From: Deltaproteobacteria bacterium
GTDB lineage: Bacteria > Desulfobacterota > GWC2-55-46 > UBA9637
DNA: 64,000 nt
Direction of reading: 5' to 3'
NCBI GenBank assembly: GCA_016214995.1
Contig: JACRML010000027.1
Span: 1,766 to 65,765 of the forward strand
Below the pieces are notes generated by a model. It did no database searches. It was given only the letters and a program-made list of their open reading frames with translations, and was not told the origin of the DNA. The position numbers were made by a program, and so were the translations under genes. Below, one piece after another: positions 30,025-37,843 of the stretch (the stretch's first letter is position 1; every line of letters begins with the position of its first letter).

Positions 30025-30633
30025 TTAGGATTTAGGAATTTCACTAAACAATATCTTGTCAATCGTTGAAACAAGTTCTGCTTTTGCCTTCTCTAATCTT
30101 GAATCCAAGGTGTTTACCATCTTATATTTTTTATCCTTGCTCATAATAACAATCCCTGGCGGCATATTCTCTGTTTGATAAGGAATGAACTCAAAACCAG
30201 AGGCATTGTTTAAATCGGCCAAAATAGCAATATCCTTTTTTGATACAATAACTTCCGCCTTTGTATCTCCCATATATATCTGCCATTTGTCCGCAGCTTC
30301 TTTAAAAAGCCTTTTTAATATATTCGGATAATCTTTATCATGCCGCAGATCTTCAAGCCTGTTGTATGCCATGTCCAAAACCTTGTTTATGGCAAGTTGC
30401 CTCTCCTTCAGTATAAATTCCTTGGCATACAACCTCGCATTGGCTAACATTCCTACCTTTTGCAGCTCTATGGATCTCTTAGCCTTTTCAAACTCTTTTT
30501 GCCTTAATCCATTTGCCTCTTCAGCGGCTGCCTTTAAAATCGCATCCGCCTCTTTCCCAGCCTCTTCAATAATGGCGGCATATTCCCTTCTGGCATCTTG
30601 TTCCAGCGCTTTTAATAATTCTTTTTCGTTCAT
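30025..30633 (-). CDS. atpE: V-type ATP synthase subunit E
   Basis: 202 aa with a long N-terminal charged helix and a globular C-terminus. Operon position fits. Confidence 0.75.
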   Translation of the reverse strand: MNEKELLKALEQDARREYAAIIEEAGKEADAILKAAAEEANGLRQKEFEKAKRSIELQKVGMLANARLYAKEFILKERQLAINKVLDMAYNRLEDLRHDKDYPNILKRLFKEAADKWQIYMGDTKAEVIVSKKDIAILADLNNASGFEFIPYQTENMPPGIVIMSKDKKYKMVNTLDSRLEKAKAELVSTIDKILFSEIPKS

Positions 30634-30642
30634 TATTTTGGG

Positions 30643-30724
30643 GATTACACAGATTTCAAAACATGATTACACAGATTAAAAAACAAATAATCTGTGTAAT
30701 CCGTATTCCATGATCAGCGTAATC
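30643..30724. repeat. GATTACACAGAT cluster: two direct, one inverted, one degenerate inverted copy
   Basis: Forward at 30643-30654 and 30665-30676; inverted at 30690-30701; degenerate agcgtaatc at 30716-30724. Confidence 0.8.
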
Positions 30725-30734
30725 AATCCTTTCT

Positions 30735-30944
30735 TTAAGCTAAGATAAGATAGGCTATTACAAAACCAAGTATTACCATGGTTTCCGGTATTGCCGTCAA
30801 GATAATGACAATGCCGCTCAATTCTGGTTTTTCTGCCAAAGCTCCGGCGCCGGCAGAGCCTATCTTGCTCTGCGCCCATGCAGTTGCAAGCGCCGGAATC
30901 GCTATAGCAAGAGCCGCCGCTAACGCAATAAGACCTTTTTCCAT
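30735..30944 (-). CDS. atpK: V-type ATP synthase proteolipid subunit K (c-ring)
   Basis: Two-TM hairpin with the conserved ion-binding Glu in IPETMVILGF. GGAGG lies 5 nt before ATG 30944. Confidence 0.85.
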   Translation of the reverse strand: MEKGLIALAAALAIAIPALATAWAQSKIGSAGAGALAEKPELSGIVIILTAIPETMVILGFVIAYLILA

Positions 30945-30963
30945 AAACACCTCCATTCAGTTT

Positions 30964-31024
30964 ATTAGAGAATTGGTGGATTAGTTAATTTGTTTTTCTA
31001 ATTCGCTAATCTCTAATTCTCTGA
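30964..31024. repeat. Low-complexity hairpin (GATTAG/CTAATC family)
   Basis: agagaattggtggattagttaatt tgttttt ctaattcgctaatctctaattctct. Confidence 0.65.
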
Positions 31025-31025
31025 T

Positions 31026-32939
31026 TTATTTTCCTGTCTTTCTAAACGGTTCATATCTTCTTCCGCCTGCCTGATAAAATTTGCTGAAAAACTCCACATA
31101 GTGGAGTCTCAGTGATTGAATACCCGGACTAAGTATGCCCAGTAATATGTTTATGACATGTATTATGCCGGCTATGAATATGCCAAGGATAACATTGCCG
31201 GTCAAGCCGCCCAATTTATTCGCCACCAGCGCCAATGCAACAGATGCGGTTCCAATGGCCATGATACGGGCATATGAAAGAATATTGCCGATTGTCTTCA
31301 ATGCCTCCAATGGCCCGATAATCCCTTCAAACAATATAAGTATAATAAAGGCAGCCAGCATAATAACTACACCGGGTGTAATGAGTCCCTTTGGCAGATA
31401 ACCTGCCAGGATGGCCACTATAGTAATCAGGGCAAGCATCAATATCAAAGTAGATGCCTTTGCCATAGCCTCCTTACCCTTGCCCCTGTGGATATAATTA
31501 ACTATTGCAAGCATTAAACCAAGGAGTATATGTCCTATGCCTATTCCAATCGCTAATACCAGAAAAACCTTCATGGCCTTCACTCTGTCAAAGATTATTG
31601 GATGAAGCAGGCCAAACCTTTCCCCCAAATCTCCAAAAAATTCTCCGAAAAATATTCCAAATGCCACTGCAAACAGGCTTGAAATAGTTAAGACAGAGGC
31701 AAGATTGGCAAGATACTCTTTTGCCTTAAATCGCTTTTTGAGATAAAGACTCAACATAAAGAGTATGCCGCCATATCCGATATCGCCGAGTATGAGGCCA
31801 AAAAATGTTGGAAAGAATAATGCAAGATATGGCGTTGGGTCTACAGAACCATACTTAGGCGGTGGCAGGATATTTAAAAAAACCTCAAAGGGCTTTAAAA
31901 GTTTTGGGTTTTTTATATACACAGGTATTAAGTCTATCTCATCCTCCCTTATCTCCATCTCCCGCACCATAACCTTATCACTAAACTTATCCATGATAGC
32001 TATGGAAAGGGCATGGAATTTATCCTTAGGAATCCATCCAACTATAACAAACGTAAACCTTGTATGGGCGCAATATACAAGGGTCTTTAACTCATCAATC
32101 GTGTCACGCAGAAGCCTCATCAACAATTCAAGCTTTTTATACCATTCAAGCGCTAACCCATTTAATTTATTATCAATATTCATTACCAGAACAGGCATTT
32201 CTTCCCTTCTCTTTATCATAACCTTGAGCGCATCAAAGAGCGTCATATCGGTATATCTTTCTGGAAGCTTTATCTCTGCTATGGCCTCGCTGGCGATAAG
32301 CGCCTTCATCTTTGCATCATATTTTTTAGGGTAGGTAATTACAATGCCAATAGTATCTTTATCTATATCTTTTACAAAAAACTGATGCCTCTCTTCTGCA
32401 ATACGGCCTACCTCATTCTCAAGCAAAGGGATAATATCCTCTTTGGCCCTGTCAATGGTAATGCCGATTGTCTCAAAATTATTAAGCCCCTTTAATTTTG
32501 CCACAAGAGGCGCAATGCCCTTTAATATCTTTTCATAACGTCCGATAGATGAAATTTCCTCTGAAAGCCCTGCCTTTTCAGCATGCAGCCCTTTAACCTC
32601 TTTCTCCAATTTATCCACTTCATCCAGAAAGGCATGAGATGTAATATCTGCAAGCAAAACAGGCATATCGCCTGTCATCAAGCCTTCTTCCCTTCCTGCC
32701 CCTGATGCAGGAAGCAGAAGATATATACCCTTCAGCCGTTCAAGTATCTTCTCAAGCCTTTCCTTGAGCAAAGCCTTTTCTCTTTCAATAGGCTGTCTTC
32801 TTAAGTATGAATCTTCAAGCCCAATCCTTGCAGGTATACTCTCTATATGAACAATGCCAAGATTATGGAGCAGCCTTATAACCTCATCCAGAAGCGCCTT
32901 GGAACCAATAAGCTGTACCTTGCTCATTACCTTTATCAT
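31026..32939 (-). CDS. atpI: V-type ATP synthase subunit I (a-subunit, stator/proton channel)
   Basis: 637 aa: soluble coiled N-half and a 7-8 TM C-half with the conserved Arg region (LSYARIMA). Confidence 0.85.
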   Translation of the reverse strand: MIKVMSKVQLIGSKALLDEVIRLLHNLGIVHIESIPARIGLEDSYLRRQPIEREKALLKERLEKILERLKGIYLLLPASGAGREEGLMTGDMPVLLADITSHAFLDEVDKLEKEVKGLHAEKAGLSEEISSIGRYEKILKGIAPLVAKLKGLNNFETIGITIDRAKEDIIPLLENEVGRIAEERHQFFVKDIDKDTIGIVITYPKKYDAKMKALIASEAIAEIKLPERYTDMTLFDALKVMIKRREEMPVLVMNIDNKLNGLALEWYKKLELLMRLLRDTIDELKTLVYCAHTRFTFVIVGWIPKDKFHALSIAIMDKFSDKVMVREMEIREDEIDLIPVYIKNPKLLKPFEVFLNILPPPKYGSVDPTPYLALFFPTFFGLILGDIGYGGILFMLSLYLKKRFKAKEYLANLASVLTISSLFAVAFGIFFGEFFGDLGERFGLLHPIIFDRVKAMKVFLVLAIGIGIGHILLGLMLAIVNYIHRGKGKEAMAKASTLILMLALITIVAILAGYLPKGLITPGVVIMLAAFIILILFEGIIGPLEALKTIGNILSYARIMAIGTASVALALVANKLGGLTGNVILGIFIAGIIHVINILLGILSPGIQSLRLHYVEFFSKFYQAGGRRYEPFRKTGK

Positions 32940-32974
32940 AGGTCGCTATGCTCCATTGCAAACACAGAAATGAG

Positions 32975-33093
32975 GAGAGAGGAAACAGGAAAGAGTTTCT
33001 CTCTTTTCTAATTCCTAATTTCTCTTTCCTGTTTTGCTATAACTTTGCATTTTCCAATTTACAATCTTCAATCTACAATTTTCAATCTACAAT
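32975..33093. repeat. Inverted repeat plus CAATCTA heptamer array
   Basis: aggaaacaggaaagag / ctctttcctgttt, then caatctt caatcta caatttt caatcta caat. The last units encode the C-terminus of the H/G-like protein. Confidence 0.65.
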
Positions 33094-33399
33094 ATGCCGC
33101 ACAACTATCTCAACAGCCTTTTCCTGCCTCTTCTCTACCCTCAGCCTTAATTCTTCAGCCTGTTTTTTTGCCTCTGCCTTTATAATATCAGCTTCTTTTT
33201 CAATCTTCTCCATCTCCTCTTTTTTATGCTCATGCAGCATCCTTTCAACCTGTTTTGACATGGATACCCTCATCTCTTCTGCCCTATGCAGTGCATCCTG
33301 TTTAATCTTCAGCGCCTTTTGCTTGGCCTCATTCAACAGGTTCTCCAGTTCATCTTCTTTTCGCTTCAAAGATTCTATGACGTCTGTTTCATTCATCAT
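33082..33399 (-). CDS. V-type ATPase peripheral-stalk subunit (H/G-like), K/E-rich coiled coil
   Basis: ~105 aa single charged helix immediately upstream of subunit I. Assignment rests on position and composition only. Confidence 0.5.
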   Translation of the reverse strand: MMNETDVIESLKRKEDELENLLNEAKQKALKIKQDALHRAEEMRVSMSKQVERMLHEHKKEEMEKIEKEADIIKAEAKKQAEELRLRVEKRQEKAVEIVVRHIVD

Positions 33400-33583
33400 C
33401 CTTCTCCCCTTGCTCCTCTTTGCTTTCTTGCTCAACCTCTACAGAATATTTTCCATCTGCCCATTTGCCCAGGTCAATAAGACTGCATCTTTCTGAACAG
33501 AATGGCCTGAAAGCATTCTCTTGCCATCCGGTTTCCTTGCCGCATACAGGGCATTTAATCTTTGTATTCATCATTTTGTGCAT
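33389..33583 (-). CDS. yacG: DNA gyrase inhibitor YacG (zinc finger)
   Basis: [33 protein letters not shown], the canonical YacG C4 motif followed by an acidic tail. Confidence 0.8.
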   Translation of the reverse strand: MHKMMNTKIKCPVCGKETGWQENAFRPFCSERCSLIDLGKWADGKYSVEVEQESKEEQGEKDDE

Positions 33584-34920
33584 CAAAAATCAAGCGGACT
33601 TTTCACCTCTTTGACGGTCTGGCTCTTAATCGTATGAGTATATATCATGGTCGTCCTTACATCGCTGTGTCCCAGCATCTCCTGAATAGTGCGAATATCG
33701 TAATTGGCCTGCAAGAGATGCGTTGCAAAACTGTGGCGAAAGGTGTGTGACGACACCCTCTTCAATATCTTTGTCTTCCTCACAGCCCGCCGTATCGCCT
33801 TATTCACATGGGTTTCATGGAGATGATACCTCCTGTATTTGCCCTCATCGGGGACAAGGGTTAATGTCTTGGCCGGAAAGAACCACTGCCAGATCAACTC
33901 CCTCCCGATATTCTTATACTTCTTTTCAAGAAGTCCGTCAACAAACGCTCCCGCATAACCGGCATCGAGGTCTTTTTTATGCAGTTCCGTCACATCGGAG
34001 AGATGCTTCCTGATATCCGGAATGATAGACCTTGGAAGCGGCACAGTCCTGTCTTTCTTCCCCTTCCCGTCATGCACCGTCAATACCCCTGCATCCAAAT
34101 TAAAATTGTGCAGCCTGAGCTTCATGCACTCAAACAACCGGAGGCCGCAACCGTACAAAAGCCTGACCACAAGGTCATAAGGATAATTGAGGTTGGCTAT
34201 CACAGAATCCACTTCCTCCCGAGACAGCACAACAGGTATATATCTGGTTCGCCTGGCCCTCACATTATCGCTCTGGTCTCCGAAATCGGTCTTTAATACA
34301 TGCCTGTACAAAAACAAGAGTGCGTTAAAAGCCTGGTTTTGGGAAGAAGCTGATACGCGGCATTGCACAGCCAGAAAGCGTATGAACTCCTTTACATCGG
34401 ATGGATTCAAGTCAGAAGGTTTCTTGCTTTTTATAAAGGCTTGAAACTTTCTCACCCATGTAGAATATGATCTCAATGTCTTAGGGGAATAATGCCTTAC
34501 CTTAATCTCCGCAAACAGGTCTGAGTATGCCTTCTGCCAATCATACTCTATGCTCCCCTCCTTTTTAATATTCCTCTCGCCCATCATGAGTGAGGGGACT
34601 GTCCCAGATTTACCGGCGGAGTGACACGGAGCGGTAGAATTGGGACTGTCCCCGGCTTTGCTATCTTCCAGCATCTCATAATAAATAGCCACCGCCCTCG
34701 CCGCCTCCTCCTGCATCACAGTAGATTGATTCTTCTCATGCAATTTGATCATGAAGTGCTTAAGGGATTCCCTGTCAGCATACCTGTGACAGTATTTATG
34801 ACAGAAATCAAGATAGTACCTCAACCACTTCTTGTAGTTATTATGAAGGGAATTTGAAACCGATTTTTTATTCAGCAAGAGACTATATTTAGTAAATAAA
34901 GCAGCAGGGATATTTAGCAT
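33583..34920 (-). CDS. intI: Integron integrase (IntI-type tyrosine recombinase)
   Basis: Catalytic R (GCGLRLFE), [10 protein letters not shown] and MIYTH. IntI-specific extra segment [40 protein letters not shown] and C-terminal [13 protein letters not shown]...SPLD. An alternative start at M112 (34587) gives the usual ~334 aa. Confidence 0.85.
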   Translation of the reverse strand: MLNIPAALFTKYSLLLNKKSVSNSLHNNYKKWLRYYLDFCHKYCHRYADRESLKHFMIKLHEKNQSTVMQEEAARAVAIYYEMLEDSKAGDSPNSTAPCHSAGKSGTVPSLMMGERNIKKEGSIEYDWQKAYSDLFAEIKVRHYSPKTLRSYSTWVRKFQAFIKSKKPSDLNPSDVKEFIRFLAVQCRVSASSQNQAFNALLFLYRHVLKTDFGDQSDNVRARRTRYIPVVLSREEVDSVIANLNYPYDLVVRLLYGCGLRLFECMKLRLHNFNLDAGVLTVHDGKGKKDRTVPLPRSIIPDIRKHLSDVTELHKKDLDAGYAGAFVDGLLEKKYKNIGRELIWQWFFPAKTLTLVPDEGKYRRYHLHETHVNKAIRRAVRKTKILKRVSSHTFRHSFATHLLQANYDIRTIQEMLGHSDVRTTMIYTHTIKSQTVKEVKSPLDF

Positions 34921-35134
34921 GAATACTTATCCTATTTCTTAATATCACTCAAATTGTGGTGCTAACGGGTTAGAAATTATATTTATGATGATTATATATG
35001 TCAAGAAAAATGTTATTTTTTGCTTGACTATACCCTGTTTCTTGGTTAAATAGAGAAAACTTGTTAAATATATAGTTGGGCGGCAGGTGTGGGCAATCGT
35101 AGTTTGTATTCAATCGACCAATAGAGGAAACGAC

Positions 35135-35503
35135 ATGACGACTAGAGACATCATCCAAAACTACTTTGATAGCCTCAAACAGAAGAGTGGGTGGAAGGCC
35201 TTCTTGGCTGATGAAATGACGTTCACCAGCTTTGTTAGCCCGATTAAGCGGGTCGCGGGTAAAGGTGCGTACCTTGAAGCCACAAAGCGCTTCTTCTCCA
35301 TGATCACCGCAGTGGAGGTAAAAAACCTTATTGTGGATGGAGACAGAGCTTGCGCTTTGACCCGATACGAACTTCAGCCGCCTGGCGGCCCTGTCTTTGA
35401 CAGCCACGTCGCCGAAGTATTCGAGGTACGAGATGGAAAGATCGCGTCTCTTGACATCTACTTTGACAGCACGCCTTTCCCAAAGCCTCCGACTGCCGCC
35501 TAA
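35135..35503 (+). CDS. SnoaL/NTF2-like (ketosteroid-isomerase fold) protein, integron cassette 1
   Basis: GAGGAA-N5-ATG; MTTRDIIQNYFDSLKQK...FEVRDGKIASLDIYFD, typical SnoaL-like termini. The stop overlaps the R'' box of attC1. Visibly GC-richer than its surroundings. Confidence 0.7.
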   Translation: MTTRDIIQNYFDSLKQKSGWKAFLADEMTFTSFVSPIKRVAGKGAYLEATKRFFSMITAVEVKNLIVDGDRACALTRYELQPPGGPVFDSHVAEVFEVRDGKIASLDIYFDSTPFPKPPTAA

Positions 35504-35560
35504 CATGGCGTTCGAGAGGGACGCGCCAAAAGCGGCGCGCCCCTCAACTTTACGTTGGCA
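35498..35560 (+). other. attC-like recombination site 1 (63 nt)
   Basis: GCCTAAC-ATGGC-GTTCGAGAGGGACGCGCC-AAAAGC-GGCGCGCCCCTCAAC-TTTAC-GTTGGCA. R''/L''/L'/R' layout with unpaired bases, like classical 60-nt attC sites. Confidence 0.7.
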
Positions 35561-35575
35561 CTCCGCTTCGCGGAG

Positions 35576-35709
35576 TGCCAACGCCGCGCGTATCAATGTT
35601 CTGCTGGCTGGCCTCCGCTTCGCTACGGCCAACCAGCGGATCGAGCGGACTACAGCTACGGCGAGCTCGCTCGCCTTCGCTTCCGCCGCTCATCCGCGCG
35701 GCGTTATAC
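35576..35709 (+). other. attC-like recombination site 2 (134 nt)
   Basis: TGCCAAC-GCCGCGCG ... CGCGCGGC-GTTATAC, an 11-bp perfect basal stem AACGCCGCGCG/CGCGCGGCGTT. Internal stem CTGGCTGGCC/GGCCAACCAG. Confidence 0.55.
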
Positions 35710-35759
35710 ATTAAAAGACATCGGCAGATAACGATAAATTTCCAGCTCTTATTTATTTC

Positions 35760-35788
35760 TTGCCTATAAAAAATAGATTTTATACAAT
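35760..35788 (+). promoter_or_regulatory. Sigma70-like promoter inside cassette, predicted leaderless methyltransferase mRNA
   Basis: TTGCCT (35760-35765), 17-nt spacer, TACAAT (35783-35788). The ATG at 35795 lies 7 nt after the -10 and has no SD. Confidence 0.5.
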
Positions 35789-35794
35789 AATGCC

Positions 35795-36739
35795 ATGAAA
35801 GCATTAGAGACAATAAACCATCTTTTCAGAAAAGAAGAAATAAGCATCGGCAAAACATATCAAATTCAAGCCGAAAGCTCAGGTTTTAGACTACACTATC
35901 AACACCCGAACGGGAAACTTTATCAAGGAGACAGTATCGCTTGGCTAAATTCATTAGAAGACGAGAGTGTAGATTTAATATTTGCTGATCCCCCGTATAA
36001 CATCAATAAAGCAGAGTGGGATAATTTTGAGAGTCAAGAACATTATATAGAGTGGTCATTAAAATGGATTGAACCATCAGCCCGGATTTTAAAGCCGCAC
36101 GGCTCGTTATACGTCTGTGGATTTTCAGAGATATTGGCTGATCTCAAACATCCAACCTCAAAATATTTTAAATCATGTCGCTGGTTAATATGGCATTATA
36201 AGAACAAAGCAAATCTTGGAAACAACTGGGGACGCTCCCACGAAAGCATTATTCATTTTCGCAAATCTTCAAAAGGTAATCTGAACATAGATGATATTCG
36301 TATTCCTTACGGAGCACATACTTTAAAATATCCATCACACCCACAGGCTATAACCAGTCAGTACGGGAATGGCGAGCATCGAGAACATTGGAGGCCACAC
36401 CCAAGAGGCGCAAAACCCAAAGACGTTATAGACATTCCAACCACTTGCAATGGCATGGGAGAAAAAACACCTCATCCCACGCAAAAACCGGAAGAACTTG
36501 TACGTAAGTTTGTTCTGGCATCCTCCAATAAAGATGATATTGTTCTTGATCCTTTTTCAGGTTCAGGCACTACGCTTGTTGTAGCAGAACAGTTAAACCG
36601 TAACTGGTTAGGATGTGAAATAAACACAGAGTATAACGAATTGGCAATTGAACGGCTTGAATACGTTAGAAAAATGTCGGTAGAAGATTGGATCGAACAT
36701 GACAGAAAAGTTCAAGAGAGACGGGAGTCTATCAGGTGA
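35795..36739 (+). CDS. Type II DNA methyltransferase, beta-class (N6-adenine or N4-cytosine)
   Basis: Motif IV IFADPPYN precedes motif I LDPFSGSGTT (beta permutation). Confidence 0.9.
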   Translation: MKALETINHLFRKEEISIGKTYQIQAESSGFRLHYQHPNGKLYQGDSIAWLNSLEDESVDLIFADPPYNINKAEWDNFESQEHYIEWSLKWIEPSARILKPHGSLYVCGFSEILADLKHPTSKYFKSCRWLIWHYKNKANLGNNWGRSHESIIHFRKSSKGNLNIDDIRIPYGAHTLKYPSHPQAITSQYGNGEHREHWRPHPRGAKPKDVIDIPTTCNGMGEKTPHPTQKPEELVRKFVLASSNKDDIVLDPFSGSGTTLVVAEQLNRNWLGCEINTEYNELAIERLEYVRKMSVEDWIEHDRKVQERRESIR

Positions 36740-37653
36740 CATTATCAAAAATAGTCAAGATTGCATCAAATAAGGAAAAATTCTTAACTCTCAAAGATTA
36801 TATCGGATTTTGCAAGTCTTATTTAGAAGTTATTGCTGATGGACTTCAAGCGGTAATAATATCCCAGAACGAAAACCATTACCGTTTTTATCAGTATAAA
36901 AAGGACGGTCATTTCAACATTACGAGACCAATTAATTCAAATCTGATGTATGAATTTTCTGATGTCTCAACGATTGAAAAAGAGTTTTTGAAAATCCTCC
37001 ACTCGGTTAGAGACATTCCCGCAAATGATAAGCATAACCGCGAATTGATAAGACGAGGCATATACACTGTTCAACAATCAATCGGTGCAGCACTTGACGC
37101 TTTACCTGCTGGTGCATCGAACATAGCCAGAAAAGTTAATGGAGATCTTTTTGAGAGGTTTATCCAACTGTTGATTAAAGAAATAGGGGTCAAATGCAAG
37201 ACGGGGACTGTACAAGTTCCGGTATATCTCAACAATGAACTCCAGTTTCATATGAGTTATCAGCATGACCTTCTTCTATACAATAATGATGACTTGAAGG
37301 TTATAGGGTCAGTAAAAACTTCAAGCAAAGATAGAATTGACAAAATATTTCTAGATAAGTTTCTTTACTGTAAACTAACAAATACTATGCTCCCGCATAT
37401 CGCTATTTTCCTGAATGATGTGCAAAGAAAAAACAGCAAGCGGCAAGATGAATATGGAATTAATGCTACCTTCCTTCCCGGACATTTCAAAGCTTTTACA
37501 GTCAAATTAAACCCGCTTGATGGGGTCTATTATTGTGACATTAGACCGAATATGGAGACAGACGACCTCTTGAAAAAACATATACGAACAATAGACCACT
37601 TTTTTTGTTCCGATATTTGGTCTTTCATAGAGAGTTCAAGGCTTATAATTTAA
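36736..37653 (+). CDS. Putative type II restriction endonuclease (PD-(D/E)xK candidate)
   Basis: GTG start overlaps the methyltransferase stop (GTGA). Candidate catalytic block HDLLLYNNDDLKVIGSVKTSSKDR (D ... SxK ... DR) recalls Cfr10I/NgoMIV-type enzymes. No other family assignable. Confidence 0.6.
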   Translation: MTLSKIVKIASNKEKFLTLKDYIGFCKSYLEVIADGLQAVIISQNENHYRFYQYKKDGHFNITRPINSNLMYEFSDVSTIEKEFLKILHSVRDIPANDKHNRELIRRGIYTVQQSIGAALDALPAGASNIARKVNGDLFERFIQLLIKEIGVKCKTGTVQVPVYLNNELQFHMSYQHDLLLYNNDDLKVIGSVKTSSKDRIDKIFLDKFLYCKLTNTMLPHIAIFLNDVQRKNSKRQDEYGINATFLPGHFKAFTVKLNPLDGVYYCDIRPNMETDDLLKKHIRTIDHFFCSDIWSFIESSRLII

Positions 37654-37658
37654 GAAAT

Positions 37659-37791
37659 GTATAACAAGTCATTGGAGTGAACGAGTGCCACAGGACACTT
37701 TTTCAGTTGAGCAGAGCTTTAAGGTTTCCAAATCGTTTTCATGCTCTTTAACATTTTGCAGTGGCACTCGTCGCTCAATTTTACGTTAAAC
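37659..37791 (+). other. attC-like recombination site 3 (133 nt)
   Basis: GTATAAC-AAGTC-ATTGGAGTGAACGAGTGCCAC ... GTGGCACTCGTCGCTCAAT-TTTAC-GTTAAAC. R' fits GTTRRRY. R'' is the exact complement of the GTTATAC that opens this cassette. Confidence 0.7.
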
Positions 37792-37843
37792 ATAACCTCA
37801 TCCCAACACAACCCCTTGCCGTTCAGGCGCTTTCTGTTGACCT

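Larger units (their letters stand above)
33583..37791. mobile_element. Chromosomal integron (intI + attI region + three attC-like sites, 2-3 cassettes)
   Basis: See the intI and attC features. Cassettes run divergently from intI and end just before the prfB stop. Confidence 0.75.

Noticed and set aside
184-33093. Possibility that the short repeat clusters are CRISPR arrays
   Set aside because: The units are only 7-12 nt, are contiguous or inverted, and lack unique 25-40-nt spacers. No cas genes are present in the window.
32948-33496. 182-aa plus-strand ORF
   Set aside because: It is the low-complexity Ser/Phe/Leu antisense translation of the K/E-rich stalk-subunit gene and the intergenic repeats.
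34970-35632. 220-aa minus-strand ORF opposite the SnoaL cassette and attC sites
   Set aside because: It is antisense to a well-supported cassette ORF and runs through the GC-rich attC palindromes. It is Arg/Ala-rich, as is typical of GC-rich antisense frames.
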